Shown: piece by piece, positions 46,760 to 57,624 of the stretch
Position numbering within the stretch: position 1 is the stretch's first letter
Layout of the letters: each line of letters opens with the position of its first letter
Source of the DNA: Rhizobiaceae bacterium
Lineage (GTDB): Bacteria; Pseudomonadota; Alphaproteobacteria; Rhizobiales; Rhizobiaceae
Direction of reading: 5' to 3'
Assembly (NCBI GenBank): GCA_965216105.1
Contig: OZ244147.1
Span: forward strand, 1,032,764-1,096,763
Length of the DNA stretch: 64,000 bases
The notes under the pieces: model-generated
Database searches by the model: none
The model's input: only the letters and a program-made list of their open reading frames with translations
Told to the model about the DNA's origin: nothing
Program-made: the position numbers and the translations under genes

Positions 46760-49700
46760 ATGCACCTGCTTCTGGCCCAAAAAGGTTCGATAAACGAGAG
46801 CGACGAGGCGATTGACCTTGGCCAGACGCCGGGGGATGTCGTTTTTCTTTCTGCTGCCGACACGGAGCTTTCTTCGCTGGCTTCTGCCCATTCCAGACTG
46901 GGCAAGGGTGCTCCGGGTTTGCGGGTCGCAAACCTGATGCAGCTTTCCCATCCCATGTCTGTGGATGTTTATGCGGAAAAAACGGTTTCCGGTGCCCGGT
47001 TGGTTATCGTGCGGGTGCTTGGTGGTGAGAGCTACTGGCAGTACGGGCTGGAGAAGCTGCTCGAAACCGCGCAGGAAAACGGTATCGGCCTTGTTGTGCT
47101 TCCCGGTGATGACAAGCCGGACCCCGGACTTGGAAGGTATTGTACCGTTCCTGAAGATTTCTGGCGGAAATGCTGGTCCTACCTGACGGAAGGAGGGCCG
47201 CAAAACATGGAAAACCTGTTGCGGCTGGCCGTGCACCGGCTTGAAGGCGGCAGGGATGACGAAGCACCGGAAGAGGCAAAACCCCTGATGAAGGCCGGTT
47301 TGTGGTATCCGGAAGCAGGCATTTGCAACCTTGACGCAATCCGGGGTCAGTGGAGCGAGGGTAAGCCGGTCGTTGCCATCACCTTCTATCGGGCGCTGGT
47401 TCAGTCAGGTGGATTGCAACCGGTCGAGGCCTTGGTGAACGCGCTGGCTTCACGCGGTATCAACAGCCTGCCGGTTTTCATCTCCAGTCTCAAGGATCAG
47501 GTTTCTGTCGAAATTGTCCGTTCGTTGTTCAACAAGTGTGAACCGGCGCTGGTTTTGAACGCCACGGGGTTTGCCGTTTCGACACCGGCTTCGGAAACCT
47601 TTTCCACGGTATTGGATGAACGGGGCTCGCCCGTCTTGCAGGTTGTCCTGGCTGGCAGCTCCCGCGACAGCTGGGAAGCTTCATCACAGGGGCTTGGCGC
47701 TCGCGACCTTGCGATGAATGTGGCGCTTCCGGAAATCGACGGACGTGTTTTCACCCGCGCAATTGCGTTCAAGAATGCCGGTACATTCGACGAAAATGTT
47801 CAGGCCAACATTGTCACGCATGAAGCCGAGCCGGGCCGGGTTGGTTACGTTGCGGACCTGGTTTCCGCGTGGTGCAAACTGGTTTCTGCCAAGCCTTCGG
47901 AAAAGTGCCTGGGTCTCGTTCTGGCGAATTATCCGAACCGTGACGGAAGGCTTGGCAACGGGGTGGGCCTGGATACGCCTGCCGGTACTGTCAATGTACT
48001 CACGGCATTGCGGGAATCAGGCCATGACGTTGGCAATTTTCCCGAAAACGGTGATTTGCTGATTGAGCATTTGCAGGATGGCCCGACCAATGCTGCAACA
48101 GACGGCCGGGTGATACGGGAAACCGTAGCGCTTGAGAGCTACAGGGAATTTTTCAAAAGCCTGCCCGGGAAAATCCGCAACGAGGTAACGCAGCGCTGGG
48201 GAGAGCCGGAGCAAGATCCGTTCTTCCTGCCGGACAAACAGGCATTTGCCGTTTCTGCATCAAGGTTTGGAAACGTGATTGTCGGGATCCAGCCTGCACG
48301 CGGCTACAATATTGACCCGACCGATACATACCATTCTCCCGACCTCGTGCCGCCTCATGGCTATTTTGCGTTTTACCTGCACATGCGAAATGCCGGGGTT
48401 GATGCGTTGATACACATGGGCAAGCACGGCAATCTGGAATGGTTGCCGGGCAAGGCATTGTCCCTGGCTGCTGACTGTTACCCGGAAGCGGTGATGGGGG
48501 CTGTTCCTAATTTTTATCCCTTCATCGTGAATGATCCCGGAGAAGGAACGCAAGCCAAACGGCGACTTTCATCCGTGATCATAGATCACCTGACACCCCC
48601 ACTGACACGCGCGGAAAGTTATGGCCCGTTGCGCGACCTGGAGGCGCTGGTGGATGAATTTTACGAGGCAAGCGGCAATGATCCGAGACGTCTCAAACTC
48701 CTGAAAAGACAGATACTCGACCTGATTGCCGATATCGGCCTTGATCAGGATGCAGGCATTGTCGAAACCGATGGTGAAACCGAAAAGCTCGAGAAACTCG
48801 ACGGCTATCTGTGTGAACTCAAGGAAATGCAGATACGTGACGGACTTCACATCTTCGGAACGTCGCCGGAGGGAAGGTTGCGCGACGATCTTGTCACAGC
48901 GCTTGTCCGTGTCCCGCGACACCAGGGTGAAGGAGGCGACCAAAGCCTTCAGCGGGCAATCGCAAAAGACCTTTCGCTTGAATTCGACCCACTTGATTGT
49001 GAGATGGGGGAAGCGTGGCGATCAGCAAGGCCGGAAATACTCGCAAGGGTTTCTGCCGATCCGTGGCGCACGAATGGTGACACGGTTGAAAGAATTGAAT
49101 TGCTTGCTGTGAAACTCGTTTCCGGCGAAATGGCATGTGACAAGGGCTGGCAGGCAACGCAATCGGTGCTCAAGCAAGTGCAGGAAGTGACTGGGCCGGC
49201 GGTCGATGCCTGTGGCGATCAGGAAATTACCAATCTGGTTGCGGGTCTTGCAGGGCGTTTTGTTGCTCCCGGCCCGTCCGGTGCACCGACACGGGGGCGC
49301 CTGGACGTGCTGCCTACCGGGCGAAATTTCTTTTCAGTCGACAGTCGTTCGGTACCGACACCTGCTGCCTGGGAGCTTGGCAGAAAATCCGCTGAACTCC
49401 TGATCCGCCGCTATCGTCAGGACCATGGTGAATGGCCGACATCCTTTGGCCTTTCAGCCTGGGGTACCTCCAACATGCGAACCGGCGGAGACGACATAGC
49501 GCAGGCAATGGCCCTTATCGGAGCGAAACCGGTCTGGGACAGTACATCACGCCGGGTGACCGGCTATGAAGTGATCACGCTGGCCGAACTGGGGCGACCC
49601 CGGGTTGACGTAACCTTGCGGATATCCGGCTTCTTTCGTGATGCGTTTCCGTCGCAAATCGGTCTGTTTGACAAGGCAGTCAGGGCGATCGGCGAACTCG

Positions 49701-50512
49701 ACGAACCTGCCGGGGATAATCCGGTCGCCGTCGGCATGCAGGCTGAACGCTCGAACCTTGTGGCTTCAGGCGTGAATGAAGCAGAAGCCATACGGCGTTC
49801 GGGCTACCGGATTTTCGGATCGAAACCGGGTGCCTACGGGGCGGGACTCCAGGCACTGATTGATGAAAAGGGCTGGGAGCGCCGGGAAGACCTGGCAGAT
49901 GCCTATATGGCATGGGGGTCCTATGCCTATGGGCAAAAAGAAGAAGGAATCTCGGACCGGGAAGGCTTTTCAAAACGGCTTGCCGGGGTTGAAGCGGTCA
50001 TTCACAACCAGGACAACCGCGAACATGACCTGCTGGATTCGGACGATTACTACCAGTTTGAAGGTGGCATGACTGCTGCAGTGGAACAGGCATCCGGTGA
50101 GCGGCCTTCGGTCTACCACAATGACCACTCGCGCCCTGAAAAGCCGGTTGTAAGGGCGCTGGAGGAGGAAATTGCACGGGTGGTACGGGCAAGGGCTGCC
50201 AATCCGAAATGGATAGAGGGTGTCATGCGGCACGGCTACAAGGGCGCATTCGAGATGGCAGCAACTCTCGACTACCTGTTTGCCTTTTCCGCCACCACGG
50301 GTGCCGTGCGCAATCATCATTTCGAACTTCTTCACCAGGCTTATCTGGCAGATGAAGACGTGCTTGAATTCCTCCGGGAGAAAAACCCGGAAGCCCTGAA
50401 GGAAATGGCAGACCGGTTTCTTGAAGCCGAAGAGCGGGGGCTGTGGACACCGCGTTCGAACTCGGCCAAATTCCAGCTTCGGGAACTGGCAGGACACCAG
50501 ATAACAGCATGA
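46760..50512 (+). CDS. cobN: Cobaltochelatase large subunit CobN
   Basis: 1250 aa. MHLLLAQKG...DLGQTPGDVVFLSAADTELS N-terminus and a CobN/Mg-chelatase H-type body. Confidence 0.97.
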   Translation: MHLLLAQKGSINESDEAIDLGQTPGDVVFLSAADTELSSLASAHSRLGKGAPGLRVANLMQLSHPMSVDVYAEKTVSGARLVIVRVLGGESYWQYGLEKLLETAQENGIGLVVLPGDDKPDPGLGRYCTVPEDFWRKCWSYLTEGGPQNMENLLRLAVHRLEGGRDDEAPEEAKPLMKAGLWYPEAGICNLDAIRGQWSEGKPVVAITFYRALVQSGGLQPVEALVNALASRGINSLPVFISSLKDQVSVEIVRSLFNKCEPALVLNATGFAVSTPASETFSTVLDERGSPVLQVVLAGSSRDSWEASSQGLGARDLAMNVALPEIDGRVFTRAIAFKNAGTFDENVQANIVTHEAEPGRVGYVADLVSAWCKLVSAKPSEKCLGLVLANYPNRDGRLGNGVGLDTPAGTVNVLTALRESGHDVGNFPENGDLLIEHLQDGPTNAATDGRVIRETVALESYREFFKSLPGKIRNEVTQRWGEPEQDPFFLPDKQAFAVSASRFGNVIVGIQPARGYNIDPTDTYHSPDLVPPHGYFAFYLHMRNAGVDALIHMGKHGNLEWLPGKALSLAADCYPEAVMGAVPNFYPFIVNDPGEGTQAKRRLSSVIIDHLTPPLTRAESYGPLRDLEALVDEFYEASGNDPRRLKLLKRQILDLIADIGLDQDAGIVETDGETEKLEKLDGYLCELKEMQIRDGLHIFGTSPEGRLRDDLVTALVRVPRHQGEGGDQSLQRAIAKDLSLEFDPLDCEMGEAWRSARPEILARVSADPWRTNGDTVERIELLAVKLVSGEMACDKGWQATQSVLKQVQEVTGPAVDACGDQEITNLVAGLAGRFVAPGPSGAPTRGRLDVLPTGRNFFSVDSRSVPTPAAWELGRKSAELLIRRYRQDHGEWPTSFGLSAWGTSNMRTGGDDIAQAMALIGAKPVWDSTSRRVTGYEVITLAELGRPRVDVTLRISGFFRDAFPSQIGLFDKAVRAIGELDEPAGDNPVAVGMQAERSNLVASGVNEAEAIRRSGYRIFGSKPGAYGAGLQALIDEKGWERREDLADAYMAWGSYAYGQKEEGISDREGFSKRLAGVEAVIHNQDNREHDLLDSDDYYQFEGGMTAAVEQASGERPSVYHNDHSRPEKPVVRALEEEIARVVRARAANPKWIEGVMRHGYKGAFEMAATLDYLFAFSATTGAVRNHHFELLHQAYLADEDVLEFLREKNPEALKEMADRFLEAEERGLWTPRSNSAKFQLRELAGHQITA

Positions 50513-50521
50513 GGACAGAAA

Positions 50522-51160
50522 ATGGCTGAGAAATCCGACCGTCTCAAGAACATGAGCGAAGAAGAACTGAACGCCCGCCATGCGGAAAAAATGAAGAAGA
50601 AAAAGGCGGCACGCGACAAGATCATTGCCACGAAGACGATTGAGAAGGGCCTGACCATCGTCCATACGGGCAAGGGAAAGGGCAAGTCGACAGCCGCATT
50701 TGGCATGGTGTTCCGTGCACTGGGGAATGGCATGCGGGTAGGGGTCGTGCAATTCGTCAAGGGGAAATGGGGGACCGGTGAACGGGTGGTGCTTGAAAAA
50801 CTCGGTGACCAGGTGGAAATGGCAACCATGGGAGAAGGCTTTACCTGGGAAACGCAGGACCGTCAGCGCGACATCGAGGCGGCAAACCAGGCCTGGGAAA
50901 AAGCAAAGGCGATGATCATGGATGATGAACTCGACATGGTGCTTTGCGATGAACTCAATATCGTGCTGCGCTATGATTATCTCGATGTGAATGATGTCAT
51001 CAGCACACTGAAAGCCAAGCCGGAAATGAAACATGTCATCATTACCGGCCGCAATGCCAAGGATGAACTGATCGAGTTTGCAGATCTTGTCACCGAGATG
51101 GAGATGGTCAAGCATCCGTTCCGTTCCGGTGTGAAGGCACAAGTGGGTATTGAATTCTGA
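50522..51160 (+). CDS. cobO: Cob(I)yrinic acid a,c-diamide adenosyltransferase
   Basis: 212 aa. P-loop HTGKGKGKSTAAFG and the C-terminal KHPFRSGVKAQVGIEF. Confidence 0.93.
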   Translation: MAEKSDRLKNMSEEELNARHAEKMKKKKAARDKIIATKTIEKGLTIVHTGKGKGKSTAAFGMVFRALGNGMRVGVVQFVKGKWGTGERVVLEKLGDQVEMATMGEGFTWETQDRQRDIEAANQAWEKAKAMIMDDELDMVLCDELNIVLRYDYLDVNDVISTLKAKPEMKHVIITGRNAKDELIEFADLVTEMEMVKHPFRSGVKAQVGIEF

Positions 51161-51209
51161 TAGGGCTTTCCCGCTTGCCTTGAAACCGCAAAACGTACAC
51201 ACCAGAGCC

Positions 51210-52466
51210 ATGATGCAGTTTCCGGAAGAAGTCGATCATATTCACACCCGTCTTTCGCAAGTACTGGAGCCGACGCCGCTGCAGCGCAACCAGTACCTGT
51301 CAGACCTGCATGGTGCGAACATATGGCTCAAGCGCGAGGACCTTTCACCTGTTCGCAGTTACAAGATACGCGGTGCCTATGCCTTTCTGATCGAGGCGCT
51401 TGAGGAGAACCCGGACCAGGAGGTTTTCGTTTGTGCATCAGCAGGAAACCACGCCCAGGGTTTTGCCCATGCCTGCAACAATTTTGCACGCAAGGGTGTG
51501 ATTTTCATGCCGCAGACCACGCCGCAGCAAAAGATCATGAAAACCAGATCCTTCGGTGCACCCCATGTGGAAATCCGGCTGGTTGGAGACGGGTTTGATG
51601 CAGCGAACAAGGCTGCACTCGCCTATTGTGAGGAGATCGGCGGCCAGATGGTCCCGCCGTTCGATCATCCCCGCATAATCAAGGGGCAGGCGACTGTCGC
51701 AAAGGAAATTGTCGAGCAGTTCCCTGAAGACGAAAGGATTGACCGGGTTGTCATGCCGGTGGGCGGCGGTGGCCTGGCCTCGGGTGTCACAAGATATCTG
51801 TCAGAACTCGGGGTTTCCTGTGAATACGGTTTCGTGGAGCCGGACCGCGCACCAAGCCTGTATCAGTCCCTGTTGTCCAGCAAACAGGTTGTCCTCGATC
51901 AGGTGGACAATTTCGTAGACGGAGCCGCGGTTGCCCGCATTGGTGACCACAATTTTGAACTGCTGAAGGGTTTCAGTGCAGATGCAGTAACCCTTGCGCC
52001 GACCAACGGGCTGTGTACGACGATAATCGAAATGCTCAATGTGGAAGGCATTGTGCTTGAACCGGCCGGTGCGCTCGCCATCGATGCCCTGAAGCGCATG
52101 CCAGACCAGCAGCTTCGCAACCGTAATATTGTCTGCATTGTTTCAGGCGGCAATTTTGATTTTGAACGCCTGCCTGAAGTAAAGGAGCGGGCTCTCAAGT
52201 TTTCCGGCATGAAGAAATATTACATTATCCAGTTTCCGCAGCGCCCGGGTGCCTTGCGTGACTTTCTGATGATGCTTGAACCGGAAGACGATATTGCCAG
52301 ATTTGAATACCTGAAGAAATCAGCGAGGAATTTCGGCTCGGTATTGATCGGCATTGAAACCACTAAGCCGGGAAATTTCACGCTTCTCACTGACCGCATG
52401 GATGAAAACGGCATGCGGTGGGAGGACATCACGGAAAATGACATCCTCTCCAATCTTCTGGTTTGA
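51210..52466 (+). CDS. ilvA: Threonine ammonia-lyase (short IlvA type, single regulatory domain)
   Basis: Start at ATG 51210. PLP-lysine motif SYKIRGAY, glycine loop PVGGGGLASG, C-terminal ACT-like domain. 50 nt downstream of cobO on the same strand. Confidence 0.8.
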   Translation: MMQFPEEVDHIHTRLSQVLEPTPLQRNQYLSDLHGANIWLKREDLSPVRSYKIRGAYAFLIEALEENPDQEVFVCASAGNHAQGFAHACNNFARKGVIFMPQTTPQQKIMKTRSFGAPHVEIRLVGDGFDAANKAALAYCEEIGGQMVPPFDHPRIIKGQATVAKEIVEQFPEDERIDRVVMPVGGGGLASGVTRYLSELGVSCEYGFVEPDRAPSLYQSLLSSKQVVLDQVDNFVDGAAVARIGDHNFELLKGFSADAVTLAPTNGLCTTIIEMLNVEGIVLEPAGALAIDALKRMPDQQLRNRNIVCIVSGGNFDFERLPEVKERALKFSGMKKYYIIQFPQRPGALRDFLMMLEPEDDIARFEYLKKSARNFGSVLIGIETTKPGNFTLLTDRMDENGMRWEDITENDILSNLLV

Positions 52467-52480
52467 GGCTGGCAGGAAGC

Positions 52481-55400
52481 TCAGGCAACCTGTTCGGATT
52501 TTTTGCTGTGCTGAAGCCACTGATTGACCTTCTCAACCATTCGGTTCGGCGAAACCGGTTTTGAAAGGTAATCATCCATGCCGACTTCCAGGCAGGATTC
52601 CTTGTCGCCCTTCAGTGCATGGGCTGTGACACCGACAATGGGTGTTCTCGCAAGGTTGTTTGCTTCCTCGAACTGGCGGATCGCTATGGTGGCTTCCTTG
52701 CCGTTCATTTCCGGCATGGAAACGTCCATCAGCACCATGCGGGGCTGAGCGACCTTGAATGCTTCAAGTGCCAGACGGCCGTTTTCATAGATCTCAAAGG
52801 AAGCGCCGGTTTCTTCAAGGATCTGGCGAACCACAATCTGGTTCACTTCATTGTCCTCGGCGACAAGAATATCAAGTTGTTCTGTTCTGGTTTCGGCGCC
52901 TGACTCTGTTGCCACGGGCAGTCGGCCGGGGGATGCCTGCACTGATTGCACGGGGATTTCAGGCGTTTCATTCATGCTTTCAAACGGCTCATGTCTTACA
53001 GCAGGAACCTCAATCGCTGATGGTTGCTCTGGCTGTTCCTGTGGCCCGGGAGTGTCCCCGATTGTCACCGGTTGCAGAGGGGTTTCAGGCGGCATGGGGG
53101 CTGCTTCAGCCACATCTGCCGGGCCGGCTTCATGATGATGGCCCGTATTGTCTGCAAACGCACCTGAGACTGCGTCTTGCTTGGCAACGGGAAGGTTGCC
53201 GGCACGATTGACGCTGATCACATGGGTTATGGTTTCCAGCAGAAGGGAGGAGCGGGTTGGCTTGGTAAGATTGGCTTCTGCGCCCAGTTCATTAAAGCGC
53301 TTGGTGACTTGTGAACTGTCAACCGATGTCAACATGAGGACAGGCATGTGCTTGAGAGCAGGATCGTTGCGAATTTCCTCGAGAACATCCGCTCCGGTCA
53401 TTTCCGGCATCTGGAAATCCAGGATAACGAGGTCAAGTTCAACGCCACCTGCCTGCGCTGCCCGCATGATCTCGAGGCCTTCCCGGCCACTTGAAGCTGT
53501 AGCGCTGTCGAAATTCCAGGCCGTCATTTGCTCCATGAGAATTGCACGATTTACCTCATTGTCATCGACGACAAGGATCCGTGCACCGCTAAGGTCGCCC
53601 GGGATTGGGGTGATTTCCATATGTTCCTCTTCTATGGGAAGGCTGGCTGTGAACCAGAATGTTGTTCCTTTGCCCACTTCACTTGTGACGCCGATTTCAC
53701 CACCCATGAGTTCGACAAGGGATGAGGCGATTGAGAGACCAAGGCCGGTCCCTTCGTGTTTGCGGGTCGCTGAACCGTCAACCTGGCTGAATTTCTGGAA
53801 GACACGTTCGCAATCTTCTTGCGGAATGCCGATGCCGGTATCCTCAACCGAGAAGTGCAGGTTGGCGGCCGGGCCGTTACCCTGGTCGTGGGTTTCGCCA
53901 CTTACATTGATATAAACATGGCCCTGGTCCGTGAACTTGACCGCATTGCCGAGCAGGTTGGTGATGATCTGGCGAATCCGGCCGACATCTCCAACAACAG
54001 TCTTTGGCAGGGCTGGATCGATCCTGACGATCAGTTCGAGATCCTTCTCTGCCACTTTTGAGGATACCAGTGTGGCTACATCCTCAATTGCTTCTGCGAG
54101 TGTGAAGGGGGCCGGATCAAGTTCCATCTGACCGGCATCAATCTTCGAGAAGTCAAGAATGTCATTGATGATGGTCAGGAGGGACGCACCGGATTTCACG
54201 ATCACATCCGTGAACATGCGCTGTTTGGAATCCAGGTCTGTTGTCGCCAGCAGTTCGGCCATTCCCATTACGCCGTTCATCGGCGTCCGGATTTCATGGC
54301 TCATGTTGGCAAGAAACTCGGATTTGGCCCGCTCGGCGGCTTCGGCGGCGAGCATTGCCTCTTCGAGACTTTTTTCCCGCGCCTTCAGATCGGAAATATC
54401 GGTATAGGTGGCGATCCAGCCTTCGGTGCCAAGGGGAGAGCCATCAACACGCAGATCCCGTCCGTCATGGTTGCGGCGTTCTATGTGGTGTGCCTTGCGG
54501 GATTCAATGTGCTTGATAACCGCTTCGAGTTTCGCCTCGGCTTCAGGCCCTGCGCCATAGTCGCCGCGGTCGATCTGGTAACGCAGCAGATCCCTCCACG
54601 GCATGCCTGGCGCCAATACATCCTCCGGCACCCCGAGAATGCGCCGTGCCTGCGGGTTGACGAATTCGATGTTTGTTTCACCAAAGACCAGCATTCCCTG
54701 GATCATGGCATCGGTAATGCCCTGAAGCAGTTGCGAGGTTTTCTGTATTTCTGCCTCGCGTGCCTTCATGCCGGTTATGTCGGTGAAGGTAACCAGCCAG
54801 TCAGTGGAGCCGCTGGGTGCGCCGTTGGCGCGCAGGATGCGATTGCTCACAGACCTGCGTTCAATTTCGTACGGAATACGGTTTTCAATTTTTTTGACAA
54901 GCGAATCAACATATTCGCGCGCGGTTTCCTTGTCACCAAAGTCGCCGCGCTCCAGTTGGTACTCGAGGAAGTCACGCCAGTAACCTCCGACGAACAGCAC
55001 ATCGCCGGGCACGCCGAGCATTTCCTCTGCCCGCTCGTTGTAAAACTCGATTGTTTCCTCGCCGAAAACCAGCATGCCCTGACTCATGGCTTCTGTTGTT
55101 TCCATGAACAACTGGGAGGTTTTTTCGAATTCCTGTTCTCTGGTCTTGGTTGAAGACACATCCGTAAATGTCAGGATCAGGCTGTTGTTCTCGCCCGGGG
55201 CACCGTCAACCCGGAGATACTTGCCACTGATTGTGCGGCGTTCAAGCTGATAGGGCTCTCCTTGAGCGATCAACCGGGTGTGTTTTTCAACGAATTTTTC
55301 CCCGATCTCCTGATTACCAAAACAGCCTCTTGCTTGCTGGGCTGCCAGGAATTCGTGTATTTCCTGTCCTTCGAACAGGACTTCTTCATCAATTTCAAGA

Positions 55401-56761
55401 ATTTCCATCGCATTCTGGTTGAACATCACGATGCGATTGTGCTCGAAAACGATTATGCCTTGCGCCATTGCATCAATTGTCGTGCGAAGCCGCTTGGAAG
55501 TTGTTTCAAGTTCCCGTTCACGCCTGTTGAGTTCGCTCACATCGGTGAAAGTGAGAATGTGGGAGCCGTTTTCGGTCTGTACACCGTCGACACGAACAAT
55601 CTTGCCGCTGCGTGTGCTGCGTTCAGAACGGTAGCTGCCATTGCTTTCGGCCAGTTTCCGCCGAACCGCTTCATAGCTGATGCCCTGGGACCTTTCCCCG
55701 AAGCAGCCCTGTTCCACTTGCATTGTGATCAGGCCTTCCAAAGTCTGGCCGATAAACAGGATACTTTCGTCAAGTTCCAGGATTTCCAGAATCTTGGAAT
55801 TGTACATCGTGACGATTTCGTCTTCGAGAACCACCAGGCCCTGGGCCATCGCTTCAGTCGTTTCCGAAAAGCGTTTGGAGGTTTTCTCGATTTCGAGTTC
55901 GCGCTCTTTCAGTTCGGTGATGTCTGTTCTGACACCGATCAACTGGCCAGACGGTGTTCGCTTGTCACGCTGGCGTATCCATTTTCCATCATGGCGCTGA
56001 AATGTGTGCGTGAAGCCTTCTTCGGAACGCCGCTTCTTGATCAGGCCGTCAACGAACTCTTCTTCTTTTCCCTTTACACCCGGGATAATTCCGGAATGGG
56101 CCAGTTCGAGAGTCATTTCACGGTATGTATTGCCTTCAATCAGGTATCTTGCACCATCGGCAAACTGTTTTCGGAATGCATCGTTGCAGGTAACAAGCCG
56201 GTCTTCCTCGTCGAAGATAACAAATCCGTCGTCGAGGACGGAAATGGCTTCACTGAACTTTGACTGGGCAAGTTCCGCCTGCGCTTTTGCCTTTTCCAGC
56301 TCGATCTCGCGGGTTTTCAATTCGCTGATATCTGTGGCAAGGCCTGCCACTTCGCCGTTTGGCAACTGGAATTTTATGACCCGGTACCAGCCGTGTTCTC
56401 CATACCATCGGTCATGCCACTGGTTGAAGTCGGTGTATTGCTGGTCCTTGCAGGATGCCAGATGGTTGTCGAGGGCTTCGCCCTCAAGAAAACCCGATGC
56501 GGTAAGGGAAGTTATCTCGCTGTGGCTGAGTTTGCCGCTTTCAGCTTTTTCCCTGTTTTCCAGAAACGCGGATGCATGGATAACTTCGTAACTCTTGTTC
56601 CAGGCTACGAGACAGTTGTCTTTGTCGAAAATTGCATATGGGAGAGGACTTTTTTCAACGGTGTGGCTGAGCAATGTATATTCAGCAACCAATTGTTCAA
56701 GCCGGTCGCGGTCACCGATCAATTCATCGATGGATATTTCTTCGGGATTTGATATTCGCAT
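52481..56761 (-). CDS. Hybrid sensor histidine kinase: at least six PAS-like modules, HisKA, HATPase, two receiver domains
   Basis: Start at ATG 56761 after GGGGGGAG. Four consecutive paralogous modules of about 125 aa each begin [51 protein letters not shown] and [18 protein letters not shown]-box [16 protein letters not shown]2 box [11 protein letters not shown]1 [14 protein letters not shown]...[10 protein letters not shown] Pro/Glu-rich linker. REC2 [14 protein letters not shown]...DVSMPEMNG. Confidence 0.92.
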   Translation of the reverse strand: MRISNPEEISIDELIGDRDRLEQLVAEYTLLSHTVEKSPLPYAIFDKDNCLVAWNKSYEVIHASAFLENREKAESGKLSHSEITSLTASGFLEGEALDNHLASCKDQQYTDFNQWHDRWYGEHGWYRVIKFQLPNGEVAGLATDISELKTREIELEKAKAQAELAQSKFSEAISVLDDGFVIFDEEDRLVTCNDAFRKQFADGARYLIEGNTYREMTLELAHSGIIPGVKGKEEEFVDGLIKKRRSEEGFTHTFQRHDGKWIRQRDKRTPSGQLIGVRTDITELKERELEIEKTSKRFSETTEAMAQGLVVLEDEIVTMYNSKILEILELDESILFIGQTLEGLITMQVEQGCFGERSQGISYEAVRRKLAESNGSYRSERSTRSGKIVRVDGVQTENGSHILTFTDVSELNRRERELETTSKRLRTTIDAMAQGIIVFEHNRIVMFNQNAMEILEIDEEVLFEGQEIHEFLAAQQARGCFGNQEIGEKFVEKHTRLIAQGEPYQLERRTISGKYLRVDGAPGENNSLILTFTDVSSTKTREQEFEKTSQLFMETTEAMSQGMLVFGEETIEFYNERAEEMLGVPGDVLFVGGYWRDFLEYQLERGDFGDKETAREYVDSLVKKIENRIPYEIERRSVSNRILRANGAPSGSTDWLVTFTDITGMKAREAEIQKTSQLLQGITDAMIQGMLVFGETNIEFVNPQARRILGVPEDVLAPGMPWRDLLRYQIDRGDYGAGPEAEAKLEAVIKHIESRKAHHIERRNHDGRDLRVDGSPLGTEGWIATYTDISDLKAREKSLEEAMLAAEAAERAKSEFLANMSHEIRTPMNGVMGMAELLATTDLDSKQRMFTDVIVKSGASLLTIINDILDFSKIDAGQMELDPAPFTLAEAIEDVATLVSSKVAEKDLELIVRIDPALPKTVVGDVGRIRQIITNLLGNAVKFTDQGHVYINVSGETHDQGNGPAANLHFSVEDTGIGIPQEDCERVFQKFSQVDGSATRKHEGTGLGLSIASSLVELMGGEIGVTSEVGKGTTFWFTASLPIEEEHMEITPIPGDLSGARILVVDDNEVNRAILMEQMTAWNFDSATASSGREGLEIMRAAQAGGVELDLVILDFQMPEMTGADVLEEIRNDPALKHMPVLMLTSVDSSQVTKRFNELGAEANLTKPTRSSLLLETITHVISVNRAGNLPVAKQDAVSGAFADNTGHHHEAGPADVAEAAPMPPETPLQPVTIGDTPGPQEQPEQPSAIEVPAVRHEPFESMNETPEIPVQSVQASPGRLPVATESGAETRTEQLDILVAEDNEVNQIVVRQILEETGASFEIYENGRLALEAFKVAQPRMVLMDVSMPEMNGKEATIAIRQFEEANNLARTPIVGVTAHALKGDKESCLEVGMDDYLSKPVSPNRMVEKVNQWLQHSKKSEQVA

Positions 56762-56890
56762 GCCAACTCCCCCCGCATGTTTCATTCTCCCCATAAAACA
56801 TGACTGAGCTTAAGGCTTGTATTGCACCATATGGTCTAACCCGCCATTATGCATTTTAACGTGTACGAATCGTTAACCGTGGGATGGGGA

Positions 56891-57316
56891 ATGATTGTAG
56901 TCGACAGAATCAGAAGCTGGCTCGACCAGGATAAATCCGTGCGGCGTGTTGCAGATGACCTGCAACTCACCAGCGAACTGATATTGCTTGTCCGGATGAT
57001 GTTTGCCGACGGCAAACTGCTTCCCGAAGAGCTGGAGAATTTCAAGCGCATCTGCAAGATCGCATTTGGCATTCCGGAAGAGGATGTGCCGCAGGTGATC
57101 GAGTATCTGCGCGAGTTCGGCTATGAAACCACGGTCGATGATGCGGCAGTCATGTTTGAGCAACTGGATGATGACCGAAAACGGTCCCTGTTGCTGCACA
57201 TGATGTCGATTGCAAAATCCGACAAGGAAGTTCATGCGGAGGAAGTGGACCTGATCCGCCGGACCGCATCCATACTTGGTCTTGAGGCTGCGGATCTGCA
57301 ACGCCTCAGAAACTGA
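56891..57316 (+). CDS. TerB-like (tellurite-resistance TerB family) protein
   Basis: Two helical repeats, LILLVRMMFADGKLLPEELENFKRI and LLLHMMSIAKSDKEVHAEEVDLIRRTASILGL, are typical of TerB. The start is uncertain (ATG 56891 after GGGATGGGGA, or ATG 56849). Confidence 0.65.
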   Translation: MIVVDRIRSWLDQDKSVRRVADDLQLTSELILLVRMMFADGKLLPEELENFKRICKIAFGIPEEDVPQVIEYLREFGYETTVDDAAVMFEQLDDDRKRSLLLHMMSIAKSDKEVHAEEVDLIRRTASILGLEAADLQRLRN

Positions 57317-57489
57317 AGCCCGGGTCGCAAAAAGCGGAATAAATGACGGGAAAGCGTTTGACCTTGTGCGGTCATCGACTTACCCTTGATCCTGATGGTG
57401 CCCATTTTCGGAATTGGGGCTGAGAAAGATGCCGGTGCGGTTGACCCAAACAGGGGACCAAGACGGTGACCGTCATGACAAAATGACAA

Positions 57490-57524
57490 ACGTGCTTCCG
57501 GGGAAGCGCGTGCCTTTTCTTTTT
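57490..57524 (+). terminator. Intrinsic terminator/attenuator hairpin in the leader of the second cob operon
   Basis: ACGTGCTTC-CGGG-GAAGCGCGT (9 bp including one G-U pair) followed by GCCTTTTCTTTTT. It lies 174 nt after the terB-like stop and 100 nt before the next ATG. Confidence 0.6.
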
Positions 57525-57624
57525 CAGCAACAATCCGGTCGGTTCAGGGCATTGCAGGTCAGCGTGCTGCTGTTTCTTTCAGCCGAAGCTGACCATGCGG
57601 CACAAGAAGTGAAAGGATTTTGAC

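Noticed and set aside
57317-57624. Calling this leader a cobalamin riboswitch feature
   Set aside because: The context is right, but I could not find the conserved GCCACTG core or the B12 box by eye. It is reported only as an unexplained structured leader, not as an annotated ncRNA.
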